Shown here in pieces: positions 1 through 8,193 of a stretch of 28,265 nt of DNA (positions are counted from its first letter, which is position 1; each line of letters begins with the position of its first letter). The notes below the pieces were generated by a model, which saw only the letters and a list, made by a program, of their open reading frames with translations, was not told the DNA's origin and searched no databases. This DNA comes from a virus. Lineage: Duplodnaviria; Caudoviricetes. The stretch lies in the IMG/VR virus record IMGVR_UViG_3300027804_000021, positions 1 through 28,265 of that record. One strand, given 5' to 3'. Made by a program: the position numbers and the translations under genes.

Positions 1-810
1 ATGACTTTAAGTGGTAACTTAACTGGTGATTCTCAAGCAACTTATGCTCCGAACCCAGCTATCCAACCTTCTCAATCTTTAAACTTTAGAGATTTAATCC
101 CTACTGTTAGAAGTGAGACTGGATTGTATGTTTACTATCGTGAGAACGCTGGTTTGACTAACAACATTGCTGCACAAACTGAAGGTTCTGATAAAGGCGA
201 GAACAACTACTCTTTAACTGAAGTTAAAGTTGTAAACGATTACTTAGCTGGTTTCTCTACTTTCTCTAAGCAAATGTTAAAGTCTTTACCATTTATGACA
301 CAGACTTTACCAAGAATGTTACAAAGAGATTTCTTTAAGGCTGAGAATGCTGCGTTCTTCTCTACTGTATCTGCTGCTGCAACTGGTTCAACTACAACTG
401 CTGAAACAAATGATTTGTTACAATTAGTAGACTACATCGGTAACCAAAAGGCTGCAAACTTTGTACCTTCTTACGCTTTAGTTTCTCAACAACAAATGGG
501 AAAATTATTGAAAGCAACTATTGCTGCTGGTTACTATGCTGGTGCTGGTTCAGTTATTGTAAACCCTAATGGCGGTATGACAATCTGGGGAGTTCCTGTA
601 ATTTCTGCATCTTGGGTAACTAATGACAAAGTATTAATCTTTGATTCAAGCTACTTAGAGAGAGTTGAAGTTGAAGGTTTAGCTATTGAATTCTCTTACG
701 AGAATGGCGAAAACTTCCAGAAGAACTTGGTAACTGCTCGTATTGAGTGTTACGAAGACATCAACTTAATGTTGACTACTTCTGCTATCTATGCTTCAAT
801 TAACGCATAG
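1..810 (+). CDS. Major capsid protein, HK97 fold (C-terminal part; gene starts at 27860)
   Basis: In frame with the ATG at 27860 across the overlap. Follows the prohead protease. Has capsid-like segments (EGSDK, TIWGVPV, ENFQKNLVTARIE) and is followed by a terminator. Confidence 0.92.
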   Translation: MTLSGNLTGDSQATYAPNPAIQPSQSLNFRDLIPTVRSETGLYVYYRENAGLTNNIAAQTEGSDKGENNYSLTEVKVVNDYLAGFSTFSKQMLKSLPFMTQTLPRMLQRDFFKAENAAFFSTVSAAATGSTTTAETNDLLQLVDYIGNQKAANFVPSYALVSQQQMGKLLKATIAAGYYAGAGSVIVNPNGGMTIWGVPVISASWVTNDKVLIFDSSYLERVEVEGLAIEFSYENGENFQKNLVTARIECYEDINLMLTTSAIYASINA

Positions 811-832
811 TTCTAAGGTTTAGTAAATAAAT

Positions 833-861
833 GACCCCTACCAATTCGGTGGGGGTTTTTT
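833..861 (+). terminator. Rho-independent terminator after the capsid gene
   Basis: GACCCCTACC-AATTC-GGTGGGGGTT stem-loop running into a T-run. Confidence 0.9.
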
Positions 862-877
862 ATTGGAATAAATTAAG

Positions 878-885
878 TAATTTTG
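878..885 (+). promoter_or_regulatory. Bacteroidota-type -7 promoter box TAATTTTG
   Basis: Matches TAnnTTTG, lies just after the terminator and 12 nt before the ATG at 898. Confidence 0.7.
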
Positions 886-897
886 TAAAAAAAGGAT

Positions 898-1440
898 ATG
901 TCTTATTCTAATTATATTAATGACTTTAGTGCCGTTCCTATCGCACCAATAGTTGAGCCAGTTACTTTAGCCGAAGCAAAATTATACTGCCGTGTTACAA
1001 CAAGTGCAGAAGATACCTTAATCACTTTGATGATTACACAAGCAAGAGAAGCTATCGAAGTGGCAACAGGATTAAGTTTAATACCAAAAGACATTACTAC
1101 TTATTTCAACAATGTAAGTGGCAATTTTGATATTCCATTCGGACCAATTGACATTGATACTTTTGAGTTGTTTGATATGGAGCAAAACGAATTAGAGATC
1201 ACAGGAACAAACCTACAATTAATAGGTAATGAGTTCCCTAAGTTAGTATTTCCAAGATATGCCAACTTAAAGGCTACTTATGAGGCTGGTTATACAACTA
1301 TCCCTAAAGACCTTAAATTAGCCATATTAGATCAAATCTCTTATGACTACGAGAATAGAGGATTGGATGGTGATTCTGGTATTTGTGAGAAGTCTTGGAA
1401 AGCGTGTCAAAGATGGACAAGATTATCCCCAATTTTATAA
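898..1440 (+). CDS. Head-tail connector/adaptor (gp6-like)
   Basis: EPVTLAEAKLYCRV...LITQAREAIE and AGY..IPKDLKLAIL...YENR motifs; located after the capsid gene. Confidence 0.88.
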   Translation: MSYSNYINDFSAVPIAPIVEPVTLAEAKLYCRVTTSAEDTLITLMITQAREAIEVATGLSLIPKDITTYFNNVSGNFDIPFGPIDIDTFELFDMEQNELEITGTNLQLIGNEFPKLVFPRYANLKATYEAGYTTIPKDLKLAILDQISYDYENRGLDGDSGICEKSWKACQRWTRLSPIL

Positions 1441-1441
1441 T

Positions 1442-1783
1442 ATGAAGTTAGGAAAAGCGAAAGCAAACTACGTTGATGCCAACACGATGACTCGTGAGGT
1501 CTTAATTTATGCTCCAACAAGGACAAGTGATGGTCAAGGTGGATTCACTACCACATTTGCCCTACAAAGCACAGTTTGGGGTGATTTAAGACCAGATAAT
1601 CAAGTTCGTGAGATAGATCAGTCGGAATTACAATTCGACCAAAGGAACAGGCTTTATATTCGTTTTGGGGTTACTATATTAGATTCCTACGAGGTAGAGG
1701 TTGAAGGCGATAGATACACAATACATTCCATTAAGAACGTAGAGAACCAAAATAGGTTCTTGGAGTTAATAATTTACAAGTAA
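1442..1783 (+). CDS. Head closure/stopper protein (SPP1 gp16-like)
   Basis: SDGQGG..T.F...TVWG and Y.IHSI.N motifs. The ATG at 1442, right after the upstream stop, is preferred to 1343. Confidence 0.82.
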   Translation: MKLGKAKANYVDANTMTREVLIYAPTRTSDGQGGFTTTFALQSTVWGDLRPDNQVREIDQSELQFDQRNRLYIRFGVTILDSYEVEVEGDRYTIHSIKNVENQNRFLELIIYK

Positions 1784-2205
1784 TGGCATTTGGTATTAAC
1801 TTAACAGGAATAAAGGAAGTTGAGAATGCTTTAAAAACAATGGATAAACATTTAAGGCAAGATGTAGGCGATGAAATTAATTCATCTGCTTTAAAGATTA
1901 TGAGTGATGCAAAGCGACTTGCACCTATTGATTTAGGCTTTTTAAGAGGTCAAATATCTATTGAACCTGTAAATGATTTGACATACGAGGTAGAGGCAAA
2001 GGCTAAATATTCGGCTTATATAGAGTTTGGAACAGGTGGGGAAGTTAGGATTCCAGCAGGATATGAAGATTTGGCAAAGATATTTAAGGGTAGAGGGGTA
2101 AGAACTGTAAACATAAGACCACAACCTTTTTTGATACCTTCGTATGAAATGGAAAAGCCAAAATTAATTGATAGACTAAAAAAAATGTTAAATGCTAAAT
2201 CCTAA
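1783..2205 (+). CDS. HK97 gp10-like neck/tail completion protein
   Basis: AKRLAPIDLGFLR, YSAYIEFGTG and PQPFLIP motifs. Confidence 0.88.
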   Translation: MAFGINLTGIKEVENALKTMDKHLRQDVGDEINSSALKIMSDAKRLAPIDLGFLRGQISIEPVNDLTYEVEAKAKYSAYIEFGTGGEVRIPAGYEDLAKIFKGRGVRTVNIRPQPFLIPSYEMEKPKLIDRLKKMLNAKS

Positions 2206-2599
2206 TATTGAAATAAAAAAGTGGTTTTATACTAACTTGACAAGTGCGAGTGGATTAGCCGTTTACGATGGTTTTGCTCCAGAAGGTGCAGGTGATGAGT
2301 ATATTGTAATGACAGGCAGAACATCAAGCCAAGATCAAGGTAAAGCTGGATATACAAATAGTATTTCAATCGTAGTTGATATTATTACAAAAAATGCTAA
2401 CTTTGGTTATAAACGTGCTGAAGCTATAAGCGATTTGATATTAGAAGATATAAACTCGGATACAACAATAACCTTATCAAATGGGTTTAGTGCATCAAGT
2501 TTAAGTGTAGAGAGTATTAGGAATTTAGATGGCTTAAACCCTTTAGATAACGTTTTTAGAGTATTGATAACTTATAACATTATAATAACACAAATTTAA
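2192..2599 (+). CDS. Tail terminator (DUF3168-like)
   Basis: VYD..P......YIV pattern, size, and position before the tail tube gene. Confidence 0.72.
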   Translation: MLNPNIEIKKWFYTNLTSASGLAVYDGFAPEGAGDEYIVMTGRTSSQDQGKAGYTNSISIVVDIITKNANFGYKRAEAISDLILEDINSDTTITLSNGFSASSLSVESIRNLDGLNPLDNVFRVLITYNIIITQI

Positions 2600-2610
2600 A
2601 ATTAAATAAA

Positions 2611-3060
2611 ATGCCAGAAACAAAAGTAAGCGCAAGAGATTATATTCTTTTAGCTGACATAAACAATGATGGAACATTCAAGCCAGTTGCTTGTTTGACT
2701 ACCAACTCATTAACATCGACTAATGACACAATAGATGCAACTTCTAAATGTGGTAATGAGTTCACTCCAGCACCTTCTTTCTCTCAATCTTTTGATTGTG
2801 AAGGTTTTGCTATTGATGAAACAGGAACTCCATCTAAAGATAGTTACCAACAATTGTATGCTGCTCACGCTGCTAAAACTTTATTCGCAATTAAGATGGG
2901 TAAAGCAACTCCAACATCTGGTGATATCACTTATGGTGGTGCTGGTTCTTTAGTATTTATTAGCGATTTCGGTGTAACTGCAGACGATAAAGATGATGTT
3001 AAATTTACTGCAACTTTCGTAGTAAGTGTTCCTCCTATTGCACAAACTGAAACTGTATAA
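2611..3060 (+). CDS. Major tail tube protein (TP901-1-like)
   Basis: ACLTTNSLTSTNDTIDATSKC...FDCEGF pattern; directly upstream of the chaperone and tape measure genes. Confidence 0.85.
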   Translation: MPETKVSARDYILLADINNDGTFKPVACLTTNSLTSTNDTIDATSKCGNEFTPAPSFSQSFDCEGFAIDETGTPSKDSYQQLYAAHAAKTLFAIKMGKATPTSGDITYGGAGSLVFISDFGVTADDKDDVKFTATFVVSVPPIAQTETV

Positions 3061-3073
3061 TAAATAAAAAACT

Positions 3074-3427
3074 ATGTACGAATTAAAGACTGACAACAAC
3101 ACAATCCACTTAAAGTGGGGAACTTGGGCTATGAAAAGGTTTTGCGAATTAGAGAATAAAAATCTAATGCAGCTAATTGAGGTTTTATCTGGAGGGGTTT
3201 ATGACTTAGATACAATCGTTCATATAGTACAAGCCGCAGCAGAAAGTGGATGCAAGAGCCTTAAAAAGCCTATTGACTTTGATGAGTTTGATGTGTGCGA
3301 ATGGATAGACCAAGTTGGTGGGTTATCGGCAAAAGATGGACAATTAGTTGAGTTTATGAGATATATGCAAGACTCAATGACTCCAGATTTAAAGCCAGAT
3401 AAAGGCACGGATGAAAAAAAAAATTAG
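3074..3427 (+). CDS. Tail assembly chaperone (gpG-like)
   Basis: Between tail tube and tape measure; ends in the slippery G-A10 run (3413-3423). Confidence 0.85.
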   Translation: MYELKTDNNTIHLKWGTWAMKRFCELENKNLMQLIEVLSGGVYDLDTIVHIVQAAAESGCKSLKKPIDFDEFDVCEWIDQVGGLSAKDGQLVEFMRYMQDSMTPDLKPDKGTDEKKN

Positions 3428-3732
3428 GGTTTTATAGTTGGGACTCAATAATTATTCTCGCTATTGAAGTTGGCTTAACGATTAACGAGTTTTGGCAATT
3501 GACGTGGCGAGAATTTTTGTTATATAAAAAGGCTTATGATAATAAACAGGTAAAGGAATGGGAACGTACAAGGATGATTAGTTATTTGATTTATAAGGCA
3601 AATACAACCGATAAAAGTCCAAAAAGTATTAAATCATTCTTTCCTTTACCAAGTGATCAAGTTGAAGAAGATAAGCCAAAGTTGACACAAGAACAATTGG
3701 CAAGGACATTAAAGTTGTATGGAGTAAAATAA
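3421..3732 (+). CDS. Tail assembly chaperone gpT-like extension reached by -1 frameshift
   Basis: The -1 frame is open from the A-run (KLGFYSWDS...EFWQLTWREF...) through the 3499-3732 ORF. Confidence 0.8.
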   Translation, partial: KLGFYSWDSIIILAIEVGLTINEFWQLTWREFLLYKKAYDNKQVKEWERTRMISYLIYKANTTDKSPKSIKSFFPLPSDQVEEDKPKLTQEQLARTLKLYGVK

Positions 3733-3736
3733 TAAA

Positions 3737-5266
3737 ATGGCACAAGAAACGTTAAAAATTACGATAACCGCAGACAATCAACAAGCGGTAAAAAATATAC
3801 AAGAAACAGTTACCGCAACAACAAAGTTAGGTACTGCGTTTAAAACGTTGCCAAGTACAAGCAATCAAGCTACAAATGCTTTAACAAATTTATCAAGGGT
3901 TGCGCAAGATGCTCCTTATGGATTTATAGGTATTGCGAATAACTTAAACCCATTATTAGAATCATTCCAAAGATTAAGTAAAGATGCTGGAGGTGCAGGT
4001 GGTGCTTTAAAAGCAATGGCAAGTGGCTTAATGGGTCCAGCAGGTATTGGTTTAGCATTGGGTGCGGTTTCATCTATTATAGTTGCATTTGGTCCAAAAA
4101 TAGCCGATTTCATAAATGGTACAAATGAAGCCACAAAAGCAGAAGAAAAGTTTGCACAAAGTTTAAGTGATGCAAGGGCAGAGGCAAGTGAAACAGGAAT
4201 AAGATTACAAGCATATTTAACAATTACTCAAGATGCAAGTGTAAGTGATGAAAGAAGGGCGGAGGCATTAAAAGCGGTTAAAAACGAATTAGGTAAAGTA
4301 AATAGTGCTTATGCTTCAACAATTACAAATGTTGACCAAGCAAGAGCAGCGGTTGATTTATATACACAAGCATTGGTTGCACAAGCTATAACATCAAGAT
4401 ATATTGATGAAATTGCTAACAAAACAATTGCTTTAGCAGATGCAAATAAAAAGATAGTTCAAACAGGTAGAGAGTATTACAAGACGTTAGAGATGACAAC
4501 TAAAATGTCTAATGGATATTCCGACGCTTCAATTGTTCAAGCTGGTTCAATAGCTAAAGCAAAGGATGCTAACATAGATGCTCGTAATGCTGCATTATCT
4601 TTAAGAAGCGGAATAATTAGTTTAAATACAGAGTTAACTAATACTATAACTTTAGCTTTAGATAATCCATTCTTTCAATTAGATAAAGGTGCAAAGCAAT
4701 TAGCAAAATCAACAAAGGAAGTAGCTGATAATATTCAAAGAATAGGTGGGGAAGCAAGAGGTATAACTCAAGAAATGACTGCTCCAATATTAATGGAAAG
4801 AGGAGCAGCACCATCAATAACAAATCCAACTGGAAATGCACCTTTAGGTGGTAGAACGAGTGGATATGATGCTATTAAAATAACAAATGATATTAATGAG
4901 CAAACTAAAGCTCAAGAGTTATTTAACTTTCAGTTACAACAAACACAAGCCATTACAAATTTACTTGCACCTGCATTTGATAGTGTTGTTCAAGCAATGG
5001 TTATGGGTGAAGATATTGGCAAGGCTTTGGAAGCAGCATTTAAGCAAATTGTTATTCAGTTGATTTCTATGGTTGCACAAGCATTATTGTTCAAAGCTAT
5101 TATGGCAGCAATTACAGGTGGAACAAGTGAAATTGGTGGTGCTTTAGGTGGAGGTATGGGAATGGGTGGTAATAATTTCTTAGGCGAGTTCTTATTAAAA
5201 GGGTCGGATTTGGTTTTGGCAACTCAAAGAGCAAACAACAACTTAAATATTAGACGAGGCAACTAA
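3737..5266 (+). CDS. Tape measure protein (short, 509 aa)
   Basis: Ala/Gly-rich, helical, with hydrophobic stretches; follows the chaperone pair. Confidence 0.9.
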   Translation: MAQETLKITITADNQQAVKNIQETVTATTKLGTAFKTLPSTSNQATNALTNLSRVAQDAPYGFIGIANNLNPLLESFQRLSKDAGGAGGALKAMASGLMGPAGIGLALGAVSSIIVAFGPKIADFINGTNEATKAEEKFAQSLSDARAEASETGIRLQAYLTITQDASVSDERRAEALKAVKNELGKVNSAYASTITNVDQARAAVDLYTQALVAQAITSRYIDEIANKTIALADANKKIVQTGREYYKTLEMTTKMSNGYSDASIVQAGSIAKAKDANIDARNAALSLRSGIISLNTELTNTITLALDNPFFQLDKGAKQLAKSTKEVADNIQRIGGEARGITQEMTAPILMERGAAPSITNPTGNAPLGGRTSGYDAIKITNDINEQTKAQELFNFQLQQTQAITNLLAPAFDSVVQAMVMGEDIGKALEAAFKQIVIQLISMVAQALLFKAIMAAITGGTSEIGGALGGGMGMGGNNFLGEFLLKGSDLVLATQRANNNLNIRRGN

Positions 5267-7473
5267 TGGCATACCAAATAAAATATAGAATTACGGCAGC
5301 AACTAAATCGGATGTTACAAGTATAGTTAATATTTATGAGGATGGCTACGCTGGTTCAATAATAGAATATCCTTGTATAAGTTTACAAATACAATACATT
5401 CCAAGAAGTGATGATACATTTGAGCCTATTTATGTAAGTCAATTAAATCTTTCAATAGATGTAACAGATAATGTGGCTAATATGCCAGACTTTACAACAT
5501 TGGATGACAGAAAGTATTTTGTAAGAGTTTTAAGTGGTGCTAATTTAGATTGGCAAGGATGGGTATTAAGTGATAATGTTCAGTATATTTTTTCAACAGG
5601 TAGAAAAGAATTAGCTTTTAATGCTCTTGATGGATTAGGTATGTTAGAAAGAATACCTTTTTTTATTGCTGATGATACAACTTTAGTTGACCTTTTTACG
5701 GCTATTTTTTATGTAAAGACTGCTTTGTTAAACTTAGAATATCCTTTAGATTATGATATTGTAAGTGGAGTAAGTTTTTATTCGGATGGAATGGATAACA
5801 GAACGGATGACCCAGCTGCGGACACATTAGGTCAATCATATATAAATTATGCAACATTTATTAATGATAATCAAGTTGCAACAAATTGTCTTGAAGTATT
5901 AACTAAAATAGTTAGGTCGGTTGGTTCAAGATTATTTCAAGCAAAGGGAAACTTTTACATAGTTCCTTTAACTCAATTTGCACAAGATTCTTATTACGCA
6001 ACTATTTACAATAGTGATGGAAGTGTATTTGATGATGCAATATATAATACAACAGGAAACATTGAAGGATTTACCTCAAACACAAGTGGTTTATACTTTG
6101 TAGACAATAGCCAATTTAAGCTAATAAGAAAAGGGTATAATAAGATTAGATTTGATAAAGTAATTGAATATCCAAGTAACTATATTACAAACTGGGATTT
6201 AAAGAATTACACAGTTGTAAGTCCAACAGTAGGAAATGCTTTTTCTTGGGATGAGGAAAGATTTGTTGATGGAATAATATATGTAAAGTCATATCCAGAA
6301 AGAAGATATAATTCTTTTATTATGGAGTATTCGCTTTCAAATCCTTATACTGCATTAGTTAGACCTATTAATTTACCTAAAGTAAACACAAGTGATGTGT
6401 TAAATATAAGTATGGATGTCGCTGGATTAGGAGTTCCTGCAAGTGGACCAGATGCTTTATTTATACTTAAAATAGTAGTTGATGATGGAATTAGTTCAGT
6501 ATTTTTAGATGAAAATAAACAATGGGTAAGTACAACATTTAGTAGCGATTATTATTTTTATCCATTTGATTCAACAAGACCAACAGTTAACTTAGATTTA
6601 GTTACTGCATTATTGCCAATTGGTGGTGATTTAACTATTGAGTTAATATTATGTGATGCTTCTGCTCCTTATTGGAAATCAACTGTTGGTTCAATTGAAG
6701 CAAGTAACTTTCAATTAACTGTTGAAACATACTTTAAGCAAGTAACAACAGAAAGTTTTATAACTGATTCAAATGAATATGTTTTAGATATTGACCTTCC
6801 TTTGGGATTTAATGATATCAACGATGGTTTTTTCAGTTATAGAGGGTTTTTAAGCGATGTAAATGGTTTAAACTTAAAGAATTGGTACAGACAAGAATAT
6901 CCTTTAGATATTTATAGGAGTTTAAGTGAATTAGTAGTTAAGCAATATTCAAACTGCTTAAATAAAAACATTATTAATTTGGATGCTTCTTTTATGGGTA
7001 TGGAAACAACTGATGGAAGATTTAGCGGTGCGATGAGAATAACGGCTTCCGATACTGACCCAGCACAAATAACTGTTGAAAATAAAAGTTACATAATAGG
7101 TAATTCAACAATAGATTTACCTAATGATGTTATTTCAGCTACTTTATTAGATATTAACCCAGATAATGTAGAAACCACAATGAGAACTATTTACGATAGT
7201 AATAACTTGCCAACAGAGGTTACAGGTTATTCTCACTTTAGGTCTACTGCTTATTTGACTAAGGAAGCTGCTCTTGCTGCTCCTTTAACAAGTAATGTTG
7301 TTTACTTAGCAGATATTGGAGTTCCTTCGGTGGGAGATTTCTTCTATCAAAATGAGTTGTTAATTGTTGGATTTAATGGTGCAAATCTTTGGTGGAAGGT
7401 TTTGGTTACAGATACTTATGCACAGGCTTATAAAATTAGTGGAGCAGGGGAAATATTAGAAACATTCGGATAA
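5266..7473 (+). CDS. Tail tip/baseplate hub-like structural protein
   Basis: 735 aa, acidic and aromatic-rich, TAATG-coupled to the tape measure gene; positional call. Confidence 0.6.
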   Translation: MAYQIKYRITAATKSDVTSIVNIYEDGYAGSIIEYPCISLQIQYIPRSDDTFEPIYVSQLNLSIDVTDNVANMPDFTTLDDRKYFVRVLSGANLDWQGWVLSDNVQYIFSTGRKELAFNALDGLGMLERIPFFIADDTTLVDLFTAIFYVKTALLNLEYPLDYDIVSGVSFYSDGMDNRTDDPAADTLGQSYINYATFINDNQVATNCLEVLTKIVRSVGSRLFQAKGNFYIVPLTQFAQDSYYATIYNSDGSVFDDAIYNTTGNIEGFTSNTSGLYFVDNSQFKLIRKGYNKIRFDKVIEYPSNYITNWDLKNYTVVSPTVGNAFSWDEERFVDGIIYVKSYPERRYNSFIMEYSLSNPYTALVRPINLPKVNTSDVLNISMDVAGLGVPASGPDALFILKIVVDDGISSVFLDENKQWVSTTFSSDYYFYPFDSTRPTVNLDLVTALLPIGGDLTIELILCDASAPYWKSTVGSIEASNFQLTVETYFKQVTTESFITDSNEYVLDIDLPLGFNDINDGFFSYRGFLSDVNGLNLKNWYRQEYPLDIYRSLSELVVKQYSNCLNKNIINLDASFMGMETTDGRFSGAMRITASDTDPAQITVENKSYIIGNSTIDLPNDVISATLLDINPDNVETTMRTIYDSNNLPTEVTGYSHFRSTAYLTKEAALAAPLTSNVVYLADIGVPSVGDFFYQNELLIVGFNGANLWWKVLVTDTYAQAYKISGAGEILETFG

Positions 7474-7478
7474 TTGAT

Positions 7479-7486
7479 TAAATTTG
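7479..7486 (+). promoter_or_regulatory. -7 promoter box TAAATTTG, 4 nt before ATG 7491
   Basis: TAnnTTTG in a 17-nt intergenic gap. Confidence 0.65.
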
Positions 7487-7490
7487 TAAT

Positions 7491-8183
7491 ATGGCAGCAG
7501 TAATAGGAAATAATGTGATGCTTTATTGGCATAGAACAGATGTTGACCCAGAGGTTGATGTCGCTTTTGCGTGTAGTACAAATTGTACGTTTAATGTAAA
7601 CGTAGATCAAAAAGAGGTAACAAGTCAATCAAGTGCTTGGTTTCGTGAATATAAGAACGATGTAGCTACTTGGAGTGTAACTTGTGATGGGTTAATTACT
7701 TTGAGTGGTTTTTCTTATTTGTTTATGTTAGACAAGCAATTAGCAAGAGAGCCAATAGAAATTAAGTTTGTTGTGGATAATGGAGTTGATGGTTTGGTTG
7801 TTATAGCTGGAATTTGTAATATATCAAGTTTAGCAATAAACGCACCTCAAAAGGATGTGGCTACTTATAATATTAGCCTACAAGGTAGCGGAGCATACAA
7901 TACAACAGGAACAAGCGTAGACCCTGAAGGAGTTATCATAGTAGGTGCAAATCCAGTTAAGACAAAAGGTTACACGGCAGCTGGTGGAGAAACTTCAATT
8001 ACTTGGACTGACACTATTGGTTACAATTGTCTTTACGTTTCAAGAGGTGGTATTGATGTGCAAGATATTATTGCAACAGGTACTCCAATTGATGAGGAAG
8101 TTAAATTTGTTTCTGCAACTGGTATTTTAACATTTAGCAGAGCATTGGTAAGTGGTGAATTTGTAAGGGCTTTACTACAATAA
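7491..8183 (+). CDS. Second tail-tube-like protein with C-terminal extension
   Basis: FACSTNCTFNVNVDQKEVTS..S.WFREY....WSVTCDGL and ATYNISLQGSG motifs resemble the TP901-1-type tube fold. Confidence 0.7.
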   Translation: MAAVIGNNVMLYWHRTDVDPEVDVAFACSTNCTFNVNVDQKEVTSQSSAWFREYKNDVATWSVTCDGLITLSGFSYLFMLDKQLAREPIEIKFVVDNGVDGLVVIAGICNISSLAINAPQKDVATYNISLQGSGAYNTTGTSVDPEGVIIVGANPVKTKGYTAAGGETSITWTDTIGYNCLYVSRGGIDVQDIIATGTPIDEEVKFVSATGILTFSRALVSGEFVRALLQ

Positions 8184-8193
8184 AATAATAAAG

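Noticed and set aside
1343-1441. Longer starts given in the track (1343, 16847, 19864, 22511)
   Set aside because: They overlap upstream genes or RNA structure. Downstream ATGs at 1442, 16892, 19891 and 22544 fit spacing and motifs better.
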